A stretch of 64,000 bases of DNA from an uncultured delta proteobacterium. GTDB taxonomy: Bacteria; Myxococcota_A; Polyangia; Fen-1088. The translations under genes were made by a program, and so were the position numbers. Under the pieces are notes generated by a model that did not search any database, was not told the origin of the DNA, and worked only from the letters and a program-made list of their open reading frames with translations. Shown here piece after piece: positions 22,506 to 31,011 of this stretch. The first letter of the stretch is position 1; each line of letters begins with the position of its first letter. Location: contig CAVYGB010000006.1 in the NCBI GenBank assembly GCA_963767925.1, positions 352,001-416,000 on the forward strand, in the 5' to 3' direction.

Positions 22506-24605
22506 ATGAACGCGCCGCGCGCCGCTCTGGTGCTGGTGACCGCTCTCGGGGGGTGCGGACGACCGTCGATGGCCCGGGCGCAGCCGGGGGACGCGGGGGC
22601 GGGCGCAACGGAGGCGGGCGCGAACCGGGCGGGCGCGCCGGAGCGGCTCGCGGCGGACAGCCCGCGGCGGACCGCGCGAGGGTCGACCTTCCTGGCGCCG
22701 GCCGGCTGGTCGATCGCCACGCGCGGGCCGGCCACCGTGCTCGAGACCCCCGAGGGCGACTCCTGGATCGCGATCGTCGACGTGCCGGGCACCTGTGGCG
22801 CCGCTGGCCGCGCGTGTTGCCCGAGCGCCAGCCCTTCAACCGGGCCGGCGCCGCCCCCCTGCACGAACGCCGACGCCGCCGTCGCCGCGGCCTGGGCGGC
22901 CTTCCGCCCGGGCGGCGCCCGGCGCCCCGTCCGAACCGTCACGCCCGAGGCCGACAAGGACGGCTGGCAGGACCTGCGGACCTACCGGTACCAGACCTCG
23001 CCGAACGAGCGGCGCACGGTCCTGGCCGGGGCCAAGCGCCACCGGGACGTCTGGACGGTCTGGCTCTACGACATGCTGGAGGCCACCGCCGCGCGGCGCC
23101 TGAGCCAGGTGGCGCTGATCCTCAACCGCCTGCTGCCGGCCGGATACCAGCGCGAGACCTTCGCCGGCCGCCCGGCCCGCCCGCTCGACGCCGCCCGCCT
23201 CCGAGCCCTCACCGCCTTCCTCGAGCGAGGCCGCAAGCTGTTCGACGTACCCGGCCTGGCCCTCGGGCTGATCCAGGACGGCAAGGTGGTGTTCGAGGGG
23301 GGCTTCGGCCCGCGGGTCCTGGGCGAAAAACCCGCCGTCGACGCCCGCACCCTGTTCCTCATCGCCTCCAACACAAAGCCGCTGACCACCTTGCTGCTCG
23401 GCACCCTCGTCGACGCCGGCAAGCTCACCTGGGACACCCCCGTCACCCGCCTGCTCCCCTCGTTCCGGCTCGGCGACCCCGAGACCACCCGCCAGGTGCA
23501 AGTCAAACACCTGGTCTGCGCCTGCACCGGCCTGCCCCGCCAGGACTCCGAGTGGCTGCTGGAGTTCGGATCGCGAACCGCCAGCGGCGCGATGGACCTG
23601 CTGGGCACCATGCGCCCGACCACCCGGTTCGGCGAGCTGTACCAGTACTCGAACCCGCTGGCCGCCGCCGGTGGCTACCTGGCCGCCCACGTGCACGCCC
23701 CCGAGCGCGAGCTGGGGGCCGCCTACGACGCCGCCATGTTGGCCCGCGTGTTCCAGCCCCTCGGCATGGCCGACACGACCTTCGACTTTCGCCGCGCCCG
23801 CGCCGGCAACCACGCCGCCCCCCACGCCCTGACCATAGACGGCGTCCCCGCCCGGGCCGTCGAGGAGGTCAACCTGGCCATCCGCCCGGTCCGTCCCGCC
23901 GGCGGCGCCTGGAGCAGCGCCCACGACCTCCTCAAGTACCTCGCCATGGAGCTCGCCGAGGGCAAGCTGCCCGACGGCAAGCGCTTCATCTCCAGCGCGG
24001 TGCTGCTCGAGCGGCGCGCTCCCCAGGTCTCCGTCGGCACCGACCTGACCTACGGCATGGGCCTGCGGGTCGACCGCACCCACGGCATCCCCGTCGTGCG
24101 CCACGGCGGCAGCCTGACCGGCTTCAAGAGCGACCTCTTCTGGCTCCCCGAGCAGAGGGTCGGCGCCGTCCTGCTCACCAGCTCCGACGCCGGCCAGGCC
24201 CTCCTGGCCCCCTTCCGCCGCAAGCTCCTCGAAGTCCTCTTCGACGGCCAGCCCCAGGCCGACAACGCCCTCACCATCGCCGCCCAGGCCATGCGCCAGC
24301 GCATCGCCACCGAACGCAAACGCCTCACCGTCCCCCCGACGGCAGCCGCCGCCCGCCTCGCCCCCCGCTACAGCAACCCCGCCCTCGGCCCCATCGCGGT
24401 CACCCGCACCCCGACGGCCGTCACCTTCGACTTCGGCGAATGGAAGACCCCCGTCGCCACCCGCGCCAACCCCGACGGCACCACCTCCTTCGTCACCATC
24501 GTCCCCGGCATGATCGGCCTCGAGTTCGTCGCCGGCGAGGCCGCCGGCAAGCGCACCCTCGTCTTCCGCGACGCCCAGCACCAGTACGTCTTCACCGAAA
24601 GCTAG
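22506..24605 (+). CDS. Exported serine hydrolase (class C beta-lactamase-like)
   Basis: SxxK (IASNTK), YSN and HGG motifs; N-terminal signal with LGGC. Confidence 0.9.
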   Translation: MNAPRAALVLVTALGGCGRPSMARAQPGDAGAGATEAGANRAGAPERLAADSPRRTARGSTFLAPAGWSIATRGPATVLETPEGDSWIAIVDVPGTCGAAGRACCPSASPSTGPAPPPCTNADAAVAAAWAAFRPGGARRPVRTVTPEADKDGWQDLRTYRYQTSPNERRTVLAGAKRHRDVWTVWLYDMLEATAARRLSQVALILNRLLPAGYQRETFAGRPARPLDAARLRALTAFLERGRKLFDVPGLALGLIQDGKVVFEGGFGPRVLGEKPAVDARTLFLIASNTKPLTTLLLGTLVDAGKLTWDTPVTRLLPSFRLGDPETTRQVQVKHLVCACTGLPRQDSEWLLEFGSRTASGAMDLLGTMRPTTRFGELYQYSNPLAAAGGYLAAHVHAPERELGAAYDAAMLARVFQPLGMADTTFDFRRARAGNHAAPHALTIDGVPARAVEEVNLAIRPVRPAGGAWSSAHDLLKYLAMELAEGKLPDGKRFISSAVLLERRAPQVSVGTDLTYGMGLRVDRTHGIPVVRHGGSLTGFKSDLFWLPEQRVGAVLLTSSDAGQALLAPFRRKLLEVLFDGQPQADNALTIAAQAMRQRIATERKRLTVPPTAAAARLAPRYSNPALGPIAVTRTPTAVTFDFGEWKTPVATRANPDGTTSFVTIVPGMIGLEFVAGEAAGKRTLVFRDAQHQYVFTES

Positions 24606-24880
24606 CCGGAAGCCAGCCGGGAGCCAGCCGGCGCCCCGTTTCGACCGGGAAATCCCTGCAGGTGAACAGTGGGGACCTCTCGGTTCGAGGAAGCGTCGAG
24701 GTGTGCCAGCACGATAGCCGCGCCTCGCTCGCTCCGCAGCCCTGCTCGCCGGGATCACCCTGACCGCTTCGACTGGAGACTGTGTGGCCGCCGGGACCGC
24801 CCTGACCACTTGGATTTGGACGGGTCGATATTTGCTGGGCCGCCGCTGTCTTCAGGGTGGGTGGGGGTGACGGGCGGGTG

Positions 24881-25151
24881 GGGGCGGCTCTGCTCGTTAC
24901 GGCGGGGGCGAGGGAGGGAGGCAGGGATCCTCTTTCGGGGTGCGATCGGCCGCTTACCGCTCCATGGGCAGGCCGGCGGGGTGGAAGGAGGGGATGGGGG
25001 GGCGGGCGGCAGGGTGCGGGCGGGCGGCGCTGCGGCCTCGGACCGGCCTTGGTGTCGCCGCAGACGGCGAGCAGGCCTGTACGCCCCCCGAAAGAGGATC
25101 CCTCCCTCCCTCCCCCGCGGGGGTGGCCTGCACTCCCTCCGCCTCGACGCC
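24881..25151. repeat. Left ~270-bp REPIN-like element (inverted relative to 27311..27587)
   Basis: Internal inverted pair GATCCTCTTTCGGGG / CCCCGAAAGAGGATC. Aligns by eye along its length with the reverse complement of 27311..27587. Confidence 0.85.
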
Positions 25152-25164
25152 TCGTCCAAGGCGG

Positions 25165-25580
25165 CCGCTCGCACCAACGCCTCCTCTGCCCCTTCCACGA
25201 CGGCCGCTCCGCACCGGCGCCTCTTCCCTCATCCACACCGCCGCTCGCAGGCGCCTCGTCTGCACCTTCCACGACGACCGCTCGCAGGCGCCTCGTCTGC
25301 ACCTTCCACGACGACCGCTCGCAGGCGCCTCGTCTGCACCTTCCACGCGGCCGCTCGCAGGCGCCTCGTCTGCACCTTCCACGCGGCCGCTCGCAGGCGC
25401 CTCGTCTGCACCTTCCACGACGGCCGCTCGTACCGACCCTCGTCCGTCTCATCAACGCTCGCCAGTCCGCACCGGCGCCTCGGGGGCCCCTTCCACGCCA
25501 GCCGCTCTGCACCGGCCCCTCGTCCGTCCCGTCTGCTCCGACCAGTCCGCACTGGCGCCTCGTCCGCTCGTCGGGCCGAA
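25165..25580. repeat. Array of about eleven 36-40-bp tandem units
   Basis: Five near-identical units CCGCTCGCAGGCGCCTCGTCTGCACCTTCCACG(A)CG(A/G) at 25241-25423, flanked by diverged units on both sides. Confidence 0.9.
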
Positions 25581-25802
25581 TCGCTGCAATTCGACGGTGG
25601 GCGGCCAGGACGTCTGATCGTGTGATGTGATCCATTCGATCACTGAGCGGTCGCTGAGCTACGACAAACCGAAGACCTCCGCGTGGCGCGGCTGTGATGG
25701 CGATCCTGCGAAAGGGGGGCCGGTCCCGAGGGGTGGTGTCGAGGAGTCACGAACACATAGACTTGACTTTTGCTGCGCCTGCGTTACTATGGCCTCATTC
25801 AT

Positions 25803-26480
25803 ATGAAAAGCTTCGGTTGTGGTGCCCAGCTCGCATTGCCCCGGACGTCCGGGTGGGGTGGGCGGCGGAGGGGGGCTGGGCGGCCACCGATTGCTGGGCG
25901 GAGACGGCCAACGCCCCATCGAGCGCGGGTGGCGCACAGGACGGCTCATCCCCTGCACGTCACCTTGCGAGCGAGGGGCGGGTTGCCGTCGCTGCGGAGC
26001 AAGAGTGTCTTCCGCGTCTTGCGGGAATGCTTCCGGGGGGCGAGCTCGGACGCGTTTCGGGTGGTTCAGTTCTCGGTGCAGGGCGACCACGTGCACTTGA
26101 TGGTGGAGGCGCAGGACAAAGCGGCACTGTCCTCGGGGGCGCGCGGCCTGGTGATCCGGGGCGCGCTGGCGATCAACCGGCTGCTGAAGCGGACCGGGCG
26201 CGTCTGGGGAGACCGGTACCACGCCCGCGAGCTGGCGACGCCGCGCGAGGTGCGCAACGCTCTGGTGTACGTGTTGATGAACCACAAGAAACACGGCCTG
26301 CGGGACCGCGGACACATCGACCCCTGCTCCTCGGCCCCCTGGTTCGACGGCTTCCACGTCACCCTTCCACCGCCGCCCGATCCCCCGGTCACCTGCCACC
26401 CGCGCACCTGGCTCGCCAGCGTCGGCTGGCGCCGCCGCGGCCTCATAGACCCCACAGAATCCCCAAAGCCATCCGCCTGA
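25803..26480 (+). CDS. HUH Y1 transposase, REP-associated tyrosine transposase (RAYT)-like
   Basis: PLHVTLR, HUH motif DHVHLMVEA, GRVWGDRY and catalytic-Tyr motif YVLMN. ATG at 25803. Confidence 0.85.
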   Translation: MKSFGCGAQLALPRTSGWGGRRRGAGRPPIAGRRRPTPHRARVAHRTAHPLHVTLRARGGLPSLRSKSVFRVLRECFRGASSDAFRVVQFSVQGDHVHLMVEAQDKAALSSGARGLVIRGALAINRLLKRTGRVWGDRYHARELATPREVRNALVYVLMNHKKHGLRDRGHIDPCSSAPWFDGFHVTLPPPPDPPVTCHPRTWLASVGWRRRGLIDPTESPKPSA

Positions 26481-26874
26481 GCGTCGACGTGGCCGTCGTT
26501 GGGAAGACAGGGCCCTCGGCAAGCCGAGCGGTCTTCCGACCTGGCTCCCCCTCGCCCCTTCGCCCCCCCCTCACCTCCAAACCGCTGAGCGCGCTGTCGG
26601 CTACCCGGAGAGCGCACCGGCGGCTCCCGGGATCGGATGTGGGTTCCGACGTCACCTCCCCTCCGTCCCACGTCGTTGCGACCCGACGCCGAGCCCGGCT
26701 ACACTGAGGGCTTCGGAGGGTGGGTGTCAACGTGGGATCAGCGGAGTGGTCAGTGTTCGGCGGTGGTCCAGGCGCGCGCGGGCTCACCCGTGGGCGCGAG
26801 CCTGCGCTCTTCGACAGGAGATGGCGATCTCGGTGCGCGATTCGCGACGATGCGGCCAGCGGAGCGTGTGCGCT

Positions 26875-27180
26875 ATGAGCGATCTCTTTCTCGGTTGGGA
26901 TGTCGGCGCATGGAACTGCGACCAGAATCGGAAGAGCCGCGACGCGCTCTGTGCGATCGAGGTTCGCGAGTCCGGCCCCCTCGTAGTCGGCAGGCCATGG
27001 CGGGGCAACGTCCGAGACGTGCTCGTCGCGGAGGGCGACGCACTCATCGCCGCCCTGATGAAGCTGCTCGACGTGACCGTCGACGACTGGCACCACCTCA
27101 CGATTGCGATCGACACGCCGCTCGGGTGGCCAACGCGGATGCTCGATCTTGTCAGAAATGGATCTATCGTCGTCGAGGTC
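26875..27180 (+). pseudogene. DUF429-like (RNase H-fold predicted nuclease) gene, truncated by repeats
   Basis: MSDLFLGWDVGAWNCD..SRDAL and IAIDTPLGWP, then abrupt entry into repeat-derived sequence near 27180. Confidence 0.6.
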
Positions 27181-27587
27181 CAGTGCGGCGGCCGAGGCGG
27201 AGAGAGTGCAGGCCCCACCGGCGGCGGAGGGAGGGGAGATCCTCTTTCGGAGGGCGGACGCGCCACCTCGTCCTCGCCACCTCGGCCGCCACTGCCGGGT
27301 GCACCAGTGCGGCGGCCGAGGCGGAGAGAGTGCAGGCCCCCAACCGGCGGGGGAGGGAGGGGGAGATCCTCTTTCGGGGGGCGTGCACGCCTGCTCGCCG
27401 TCTGCGGCGACGCCAAGGCGTGCCTGAGGCCGCAGCGCCGACCGCGAGCACCCTGCCCCCCGCCCCCCCGTCCCCTCTGCCCACCCCGCCGGCCCGAACA
27501 TGGAGCGGTAAGCGGCCGCCCCCGCACCCCGAAAGAGGATCTCCCCCTCCCTCCCCCGCCCCCCGCCGTAACGAACAGAGCCGCCCC
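27180..27587. repeat. Right REPIN-like element (27311..27587) preceded by a partial duplicate (27180..~27255)
   Basis: CCAGTGCGGCGGCCGAGGCGGAGAGAGTGCAGGCCCC occurs twice; GATCCTCTTTCGG / CCGAAAGAGGATC inverted pair. Confidence 0.85.
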
Positions 27588-27983
27588 TTTCAAGAGAACC
27601 GCCGCTTACCCCGCCCCCAGCAATAACGACAGAGCCGGCCCTTCCGAAGAGCCACCGCTTCCTGCGCCCCGGTCCTTACGGAAAGTTCCCTCCCTCCCCC
27701 GCCCCCCGCCGTAACGAACAGAGCCGCCCCTTTCAAGAGAACCGCCACTTGCCCCGCCCCCTCCCCGCAACGAACAGAGCCGCTCTTTCCAAAGGAGAAC
27801 TGCCGCTTCCACCGCCCGTCGAGCGGCCCCTCCCAAGGACTGCCGCTTCCCCCGCCCGCCGTTACGGTCAGAGCCCCTCCCAAGGACTGCCGCTTCCCCG
27901 GCCCGTCGTTACGGTCAGAGCGGCCCCTCCCAAGGACCGCCGTTTACCCGCCCGTCGTTACGGTTCAGAGCCGCCCCCACCCC
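27566..27983. repeat. Degenerate ~50-bp tandem array
   Basis: Recurring CGT(A/T)ACG..CAGAGC(C/G)GCCCC and AAG.A..(C/T)GCCGCTT.CCC motifs, about seven to eight times. Confidence 0.75.
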
Positions 27984-28024
27984 TTCCCATGCCGCAAGCG
28001 TCTCCGGGCGGTAAAGTCGGGGGG

Positions 28025-28552
28025 ATGCCGGCGTATGCGGCCTTCTTGCGGGGGGTGAGCCCCATGAATGCGAAGATGCCGGGCCTCAAAGCGGCCTTCG
28101 AAACGGCGGGGTTCAGCGGCGTCTCGACTGTGCGGTCGAGCGGCAACGTGCTGTTCAGCGCGCGGGCTGCCTCCGAGGCGCGGCTGGAGCGAAAGGCGGA
28201 GGCGAACATGGAGGAGGTCCTGGGGCGGAGCTTCCTCACCATCGTGCGGCCGGTCGAGGGGTTGCGGGCGATGCTTGCGGCTGACCCTTTCCGGGGCTTC
28301 CGCCTTCCCCCCGGCAGCAAGCGCACCATCACCTTCCTGCGGCACGAGCCCACTGCCCGGCTCGACCTGCCGGTCGAGGTCGACGGCGCCCGCATCCTGC
28401 GCCTGGCGGATCGTACGGTGTTCACCGCCTACGTCCCCAGCGCCCGGGGGGCGGTCTTCATGGGCCTGATCGAGAGCACCTTCGGCCAGGAGGTGACTAC
28501 CCGGACCTGGGACACAGTCGAGAAAATGGTGTCCCCGAAGAAAAAGCGATAG
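28025..28552 (+). CDS. DUF1697-family protein
   Basis: YAAFLRGVSP, VSTVRSSGNVLF, TTRTWDTVEK. Confidence 0.88.
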   Translation: MPAYAAFLRGVSPMNAKMPGLKAAFETAGFSGVSTVRSSGNVLFSARAASEARLERKAEANMEEVLGRSFLTIVRPVEGLRAMLAADPFRGFRLPPGSKRTITFLRHEPTARLDLPVEVDGARILRLADRTVFTAYVPSARGAVFMGLIESTFGQEVTTRTWDTVEKMVSPKKKR

Positions 28553-28747
28553 CCGGGCCCGAGCGCAGCGAGGGAACCCGGCTACTTTCTCCCTCCTTTC
28601 CCAGCCGGGCCCGAGCGCAGCCAGGGAACCCGGCTACTTTCTCCCTCCTTTCCCAGCCGGGCCCGAGCGCAGCCAGGGAACCCGGCTACTTTCTCCCTCC
28701 TTTCCCAGCCGGGCCCGAGCGCAGCCAGGGAACCCGGCTACTTTCTC
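28551..28747 (-). repeat. Four tandem 52-bp units containing GTAG-type REP-like palindromes
   Basis: Units start at 28551, 28603, 28655 and 28707 (the last partial). The minus strand reads GTAGCCGGGTTCCCT(G/C)GCTGCGCTCGGGCCCGGCT. Confidence 0.85.
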
Positions 28748-28845
28748 ACTCACTTTCCCGGCCGGGCCTGCACGTCACGAGGAAACCAGGCTATTTTTCT
28801 GCGACAGTCTCCCCTGTACCGTTGTCCAAGCCAGGAGCCGACCCC

Positions 28846-30834
28846 ATGACCCAGACACCCGAACGACGAGAGTTCCAGGCCGAGGTGAAGCAGCTCCTCG
28901 ACCTGATGGTCCATTCGCTCTACTCGGACAAGGACATCTTCCTGCGCGAGCTGATCTCGAACGCCTCGGACGCCCTCGACAAGCTGCGCTTCGAGCAGCT
29001 CACCCGCACCGAGCTGGCCGGCGGTGGCGAGCTGCACATCCGCCTCGAGGCCGACCGGGAGCGACGGACGCTCTCCATCCTCGACAACGGCATCGGGATG
29101 ACCCGGGACGAGGTGGTCCGGAACATCGGCACCATCGCCAAGTCGGGCACCAAGGAGTTCCTGGCGGCGGTGAAGGAGGCGGAGAAGAAAGAGGTGCCGC
29201 CCGAGCTGATCGGTCAGTTCGGGGTCGGCTTCTATTCCGCCTTCATGGTGGCGGAGAAGGTCGTCCTGGTCACCCGGCGGGCGGGCGAGAGCCTGGCCAC
29301 CCTCTGGGAGTCGACCGGCGACGGCTCCTACAGCATCGGCACCGGCGAGCGCGAGCAGGCCGGCACCACCGTCACCCTCCACCTCAAGCCCGCTGACAGC
29401 GAGCAGGGCCTGCGCGACTACACCGACGAACACGCCGTCCGCGACATCATCAAGCGCTACTCGGACTTCGTGGCCTACCCGATCCGCATGAAGGTCTGGC
29501 GCAGCGAGGCCCCCGGAGGAGGCAAGGGAGCAGACGAGGGGGAAGGCGCGGGCGAAGGTCAAGCCCCCGGCGCCGCCCCCCCGACCGCGGGGGCCAAGGT
29601 CCTGCAGGACGAGACCCTGAACTCGATGAAGGCCATCTGGGACCGCCCCAAGGGGGAGGTGTCGGAGGCCGAATACCGGGAGTTCTACCGCCACATCTCC
29701 CACGACTGGACCGACCCCCTGCGCACCATCCCGGTGAAGATGGAGGGCACGCTCGAGGCCTACGCCCTGCTCTACCTCCCGGCCCGGGCGCCCTTCGACC
29801 TGTACAGCGCCGAGATGAAGCGGGGCGTGCAGCTCTACGTCAAGCGCGTCTTCGTGATGGACGAGTGCAAGGATCTGCTGCCGCCGCACCTGCGCTTCGT
29901 CAAGGGGGTGGTCGACGCCCACGACCTGTCGCTCAACGTCTCCCGGGAGATGCTGCAAAAAGATCGCCAGATCCAGGTCATCCGCAAGCAGCTCGTCAAG
30001 AAGGTCTACGCCACCCTCGAGGAGATGAAGCGCGACGCCGCCAAGGACTACCTGCAGTTCTGGGCCGAGCTGGGGCCGGTGCTCAAGGAGGGGCTGCTGG
30101 CCTACGACGTGGGGGACAAGGACAAGCTGCTCGACCTGCTGCTGGCCCGCTCGACCGCCCACGCCAGCGAGCCGACCTCGCTCGAGCACTACGTCGGCCG
30201 CATGAAGGAGGGCCAGGACGCCATCTACTTTCTCACCGGCTCCTCGCCCGAGGCGGTGGCCCGCTCCCCCCTGCTGGAGGCCTTCGTCGACAAGGGCCAG
30301 GAGGTGCTGCTCTTCTCCGACGCCATCGACGAGCTGTGGCTCGAGCGGGCGCCGCGCTTCCGGGACAAACCCCTGCGCTCGATCGCCCGGGGCGAGGTCA
30401 AGCTCGGCTCCGAGGAGGAGCGCAAGCAGGCCGCCGAGGCGCTCGAGGAGAAGCAGAAGCAATACGTCGACCTGTTCGGGGCCTTCCGCGCGCACCTGCA
30501 GGACGACGTCAAGGAGGTGCGCCTGTCGAGCCGCCTGACCTCCTCGCCGGTCTGCCTGGTGGGCGACGAGCACGACCCCACCCCCCGCATGCTGAAGATC
30601 ATGGAGCAGCTCGGACAGAAGCCGGAGAAGGTCCGGCGCATCCTCGAGCTGAACCCCAGCCACCCCCTCATCCCCAAGCTGCAGGCCATCTTCCAGGAGA
30701 ACAGGGCCGACCCCCGGCTCGAGCTGTACGCCCACCTGCTGCTGGGACAGGCCCACCTCGCCGACTCGGGCCAGGTCCCCGACCCCGCCGCCTTCAGCAA
30801 GGTCCTCGCCGACGTCATGAACCGCGGCCTCTGA
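28846..30834 (+). CDS. htpG: Molecular chaperone HtpG (Hsp90)
   Basis: EFQAEVKQLLDLMVHSLYS, FLRELISNASDA, IGQFGVGFYSAF, LNVSREMLQ, LELNPSHP; AGGAG SD. Confidence 0.97.
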   Translation: MTQTPERREFQAEVKQLLDLMVHSLYSDKDIFLRELISNASDALDKLRFEQLTRTELAGGGELHIRLEADRERRTLSILDNGIGMTRDEVVRNIGTIAKSGTKEFLAAVKEAEKKEVPPELIGQFGVGFYSAFMVAEKVVLVTRRAGESLATLWESTGDGSYSIGTGEREQAGTTVTLHLKPADSEQGLRDYTDEHAVRDIIKRYSDFVAYPIRMKVWRSEAPGGGKGADEGEGAGEGQAPGAAPPTAGAKVLQDETLNSMKAIWDRPKGEVSEAEYREFYRHISHDWTDPLRTIPVKMEGTLEAYALLYLPARAPFDLYSAEMKRGVQLYVKRVFVMDECKDLLPPHLRFVKGVVDAHDLSLNVSREMLQKDRQIQVIRKQLVKKVYATLEEMKRDAAKDYLQFWAELGPVLKEGLLAYDVGDKDKLLDLLLARSTAHASEPTSLEHYVGRMKEGQDAIYFLTGSSPEAVARSPLLEAFVDKGQEVLLFSDAIDELWLERAPRFRDKPLRSIARGEVKLGSEEERKQAAEALEEKQKQYVDLFGAFRAHLQDDVKEVRLSSRLTSSPVCLVGDEHDPTPRMLKIMEQLGQKPEKVRRILELNPSHPLIPKLQAIFQENRADPRLELYAHLLLGQAHLADSGQVPDPAAFSKVLADVMNRGL

Positions 30835-30862
30835 GGCGGCGGTGGTTGCTTCACCACCGGAG

Positions 30863-30991
30863 GGAGAGGCGGGCGCCGGGCTGGCGACCGCCCCTCACCC
30901 GGCGGGCAGACGCGCCAACACCTCTCCCCACGGCAGACCGCGGGGAGGTGTTGGCCTGGAGGCGCGCCCCGAGGGGTGAGGTGACCTCTCC
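30863..30991. terminator. Nested hairpin between convergent genes (possible bidirectional terminator or REP-like element)
   Basis: GCCAACACCTC/GAGGTGTTGGC stem inside CCTCACCC/GGGTGAGG and GGAGAGG/CCTCTCC pairs. No U-tract. Confidence 0.4.
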
Positions 30992-31011
30992 GGGTCGATC
31001 CAGGCGGCCGG

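Noticed and set aside
25241..25423. CRISPR array (36-37-bp repeats)
   Set aside because: Units abut directly with no unique spacers, and no cas genes are in the window.
24592..25643. Repeat-containing ORFs in several frames
   Set aside because: Open frames arise from the GC-rich tandem array, and unit lengths are mostly not multiples of three.
28551..28747. CRISPR array (palindromic repeat plus short spacer)
   Set aside because: The intervening sequences are identical, so this is a tandem repeat.
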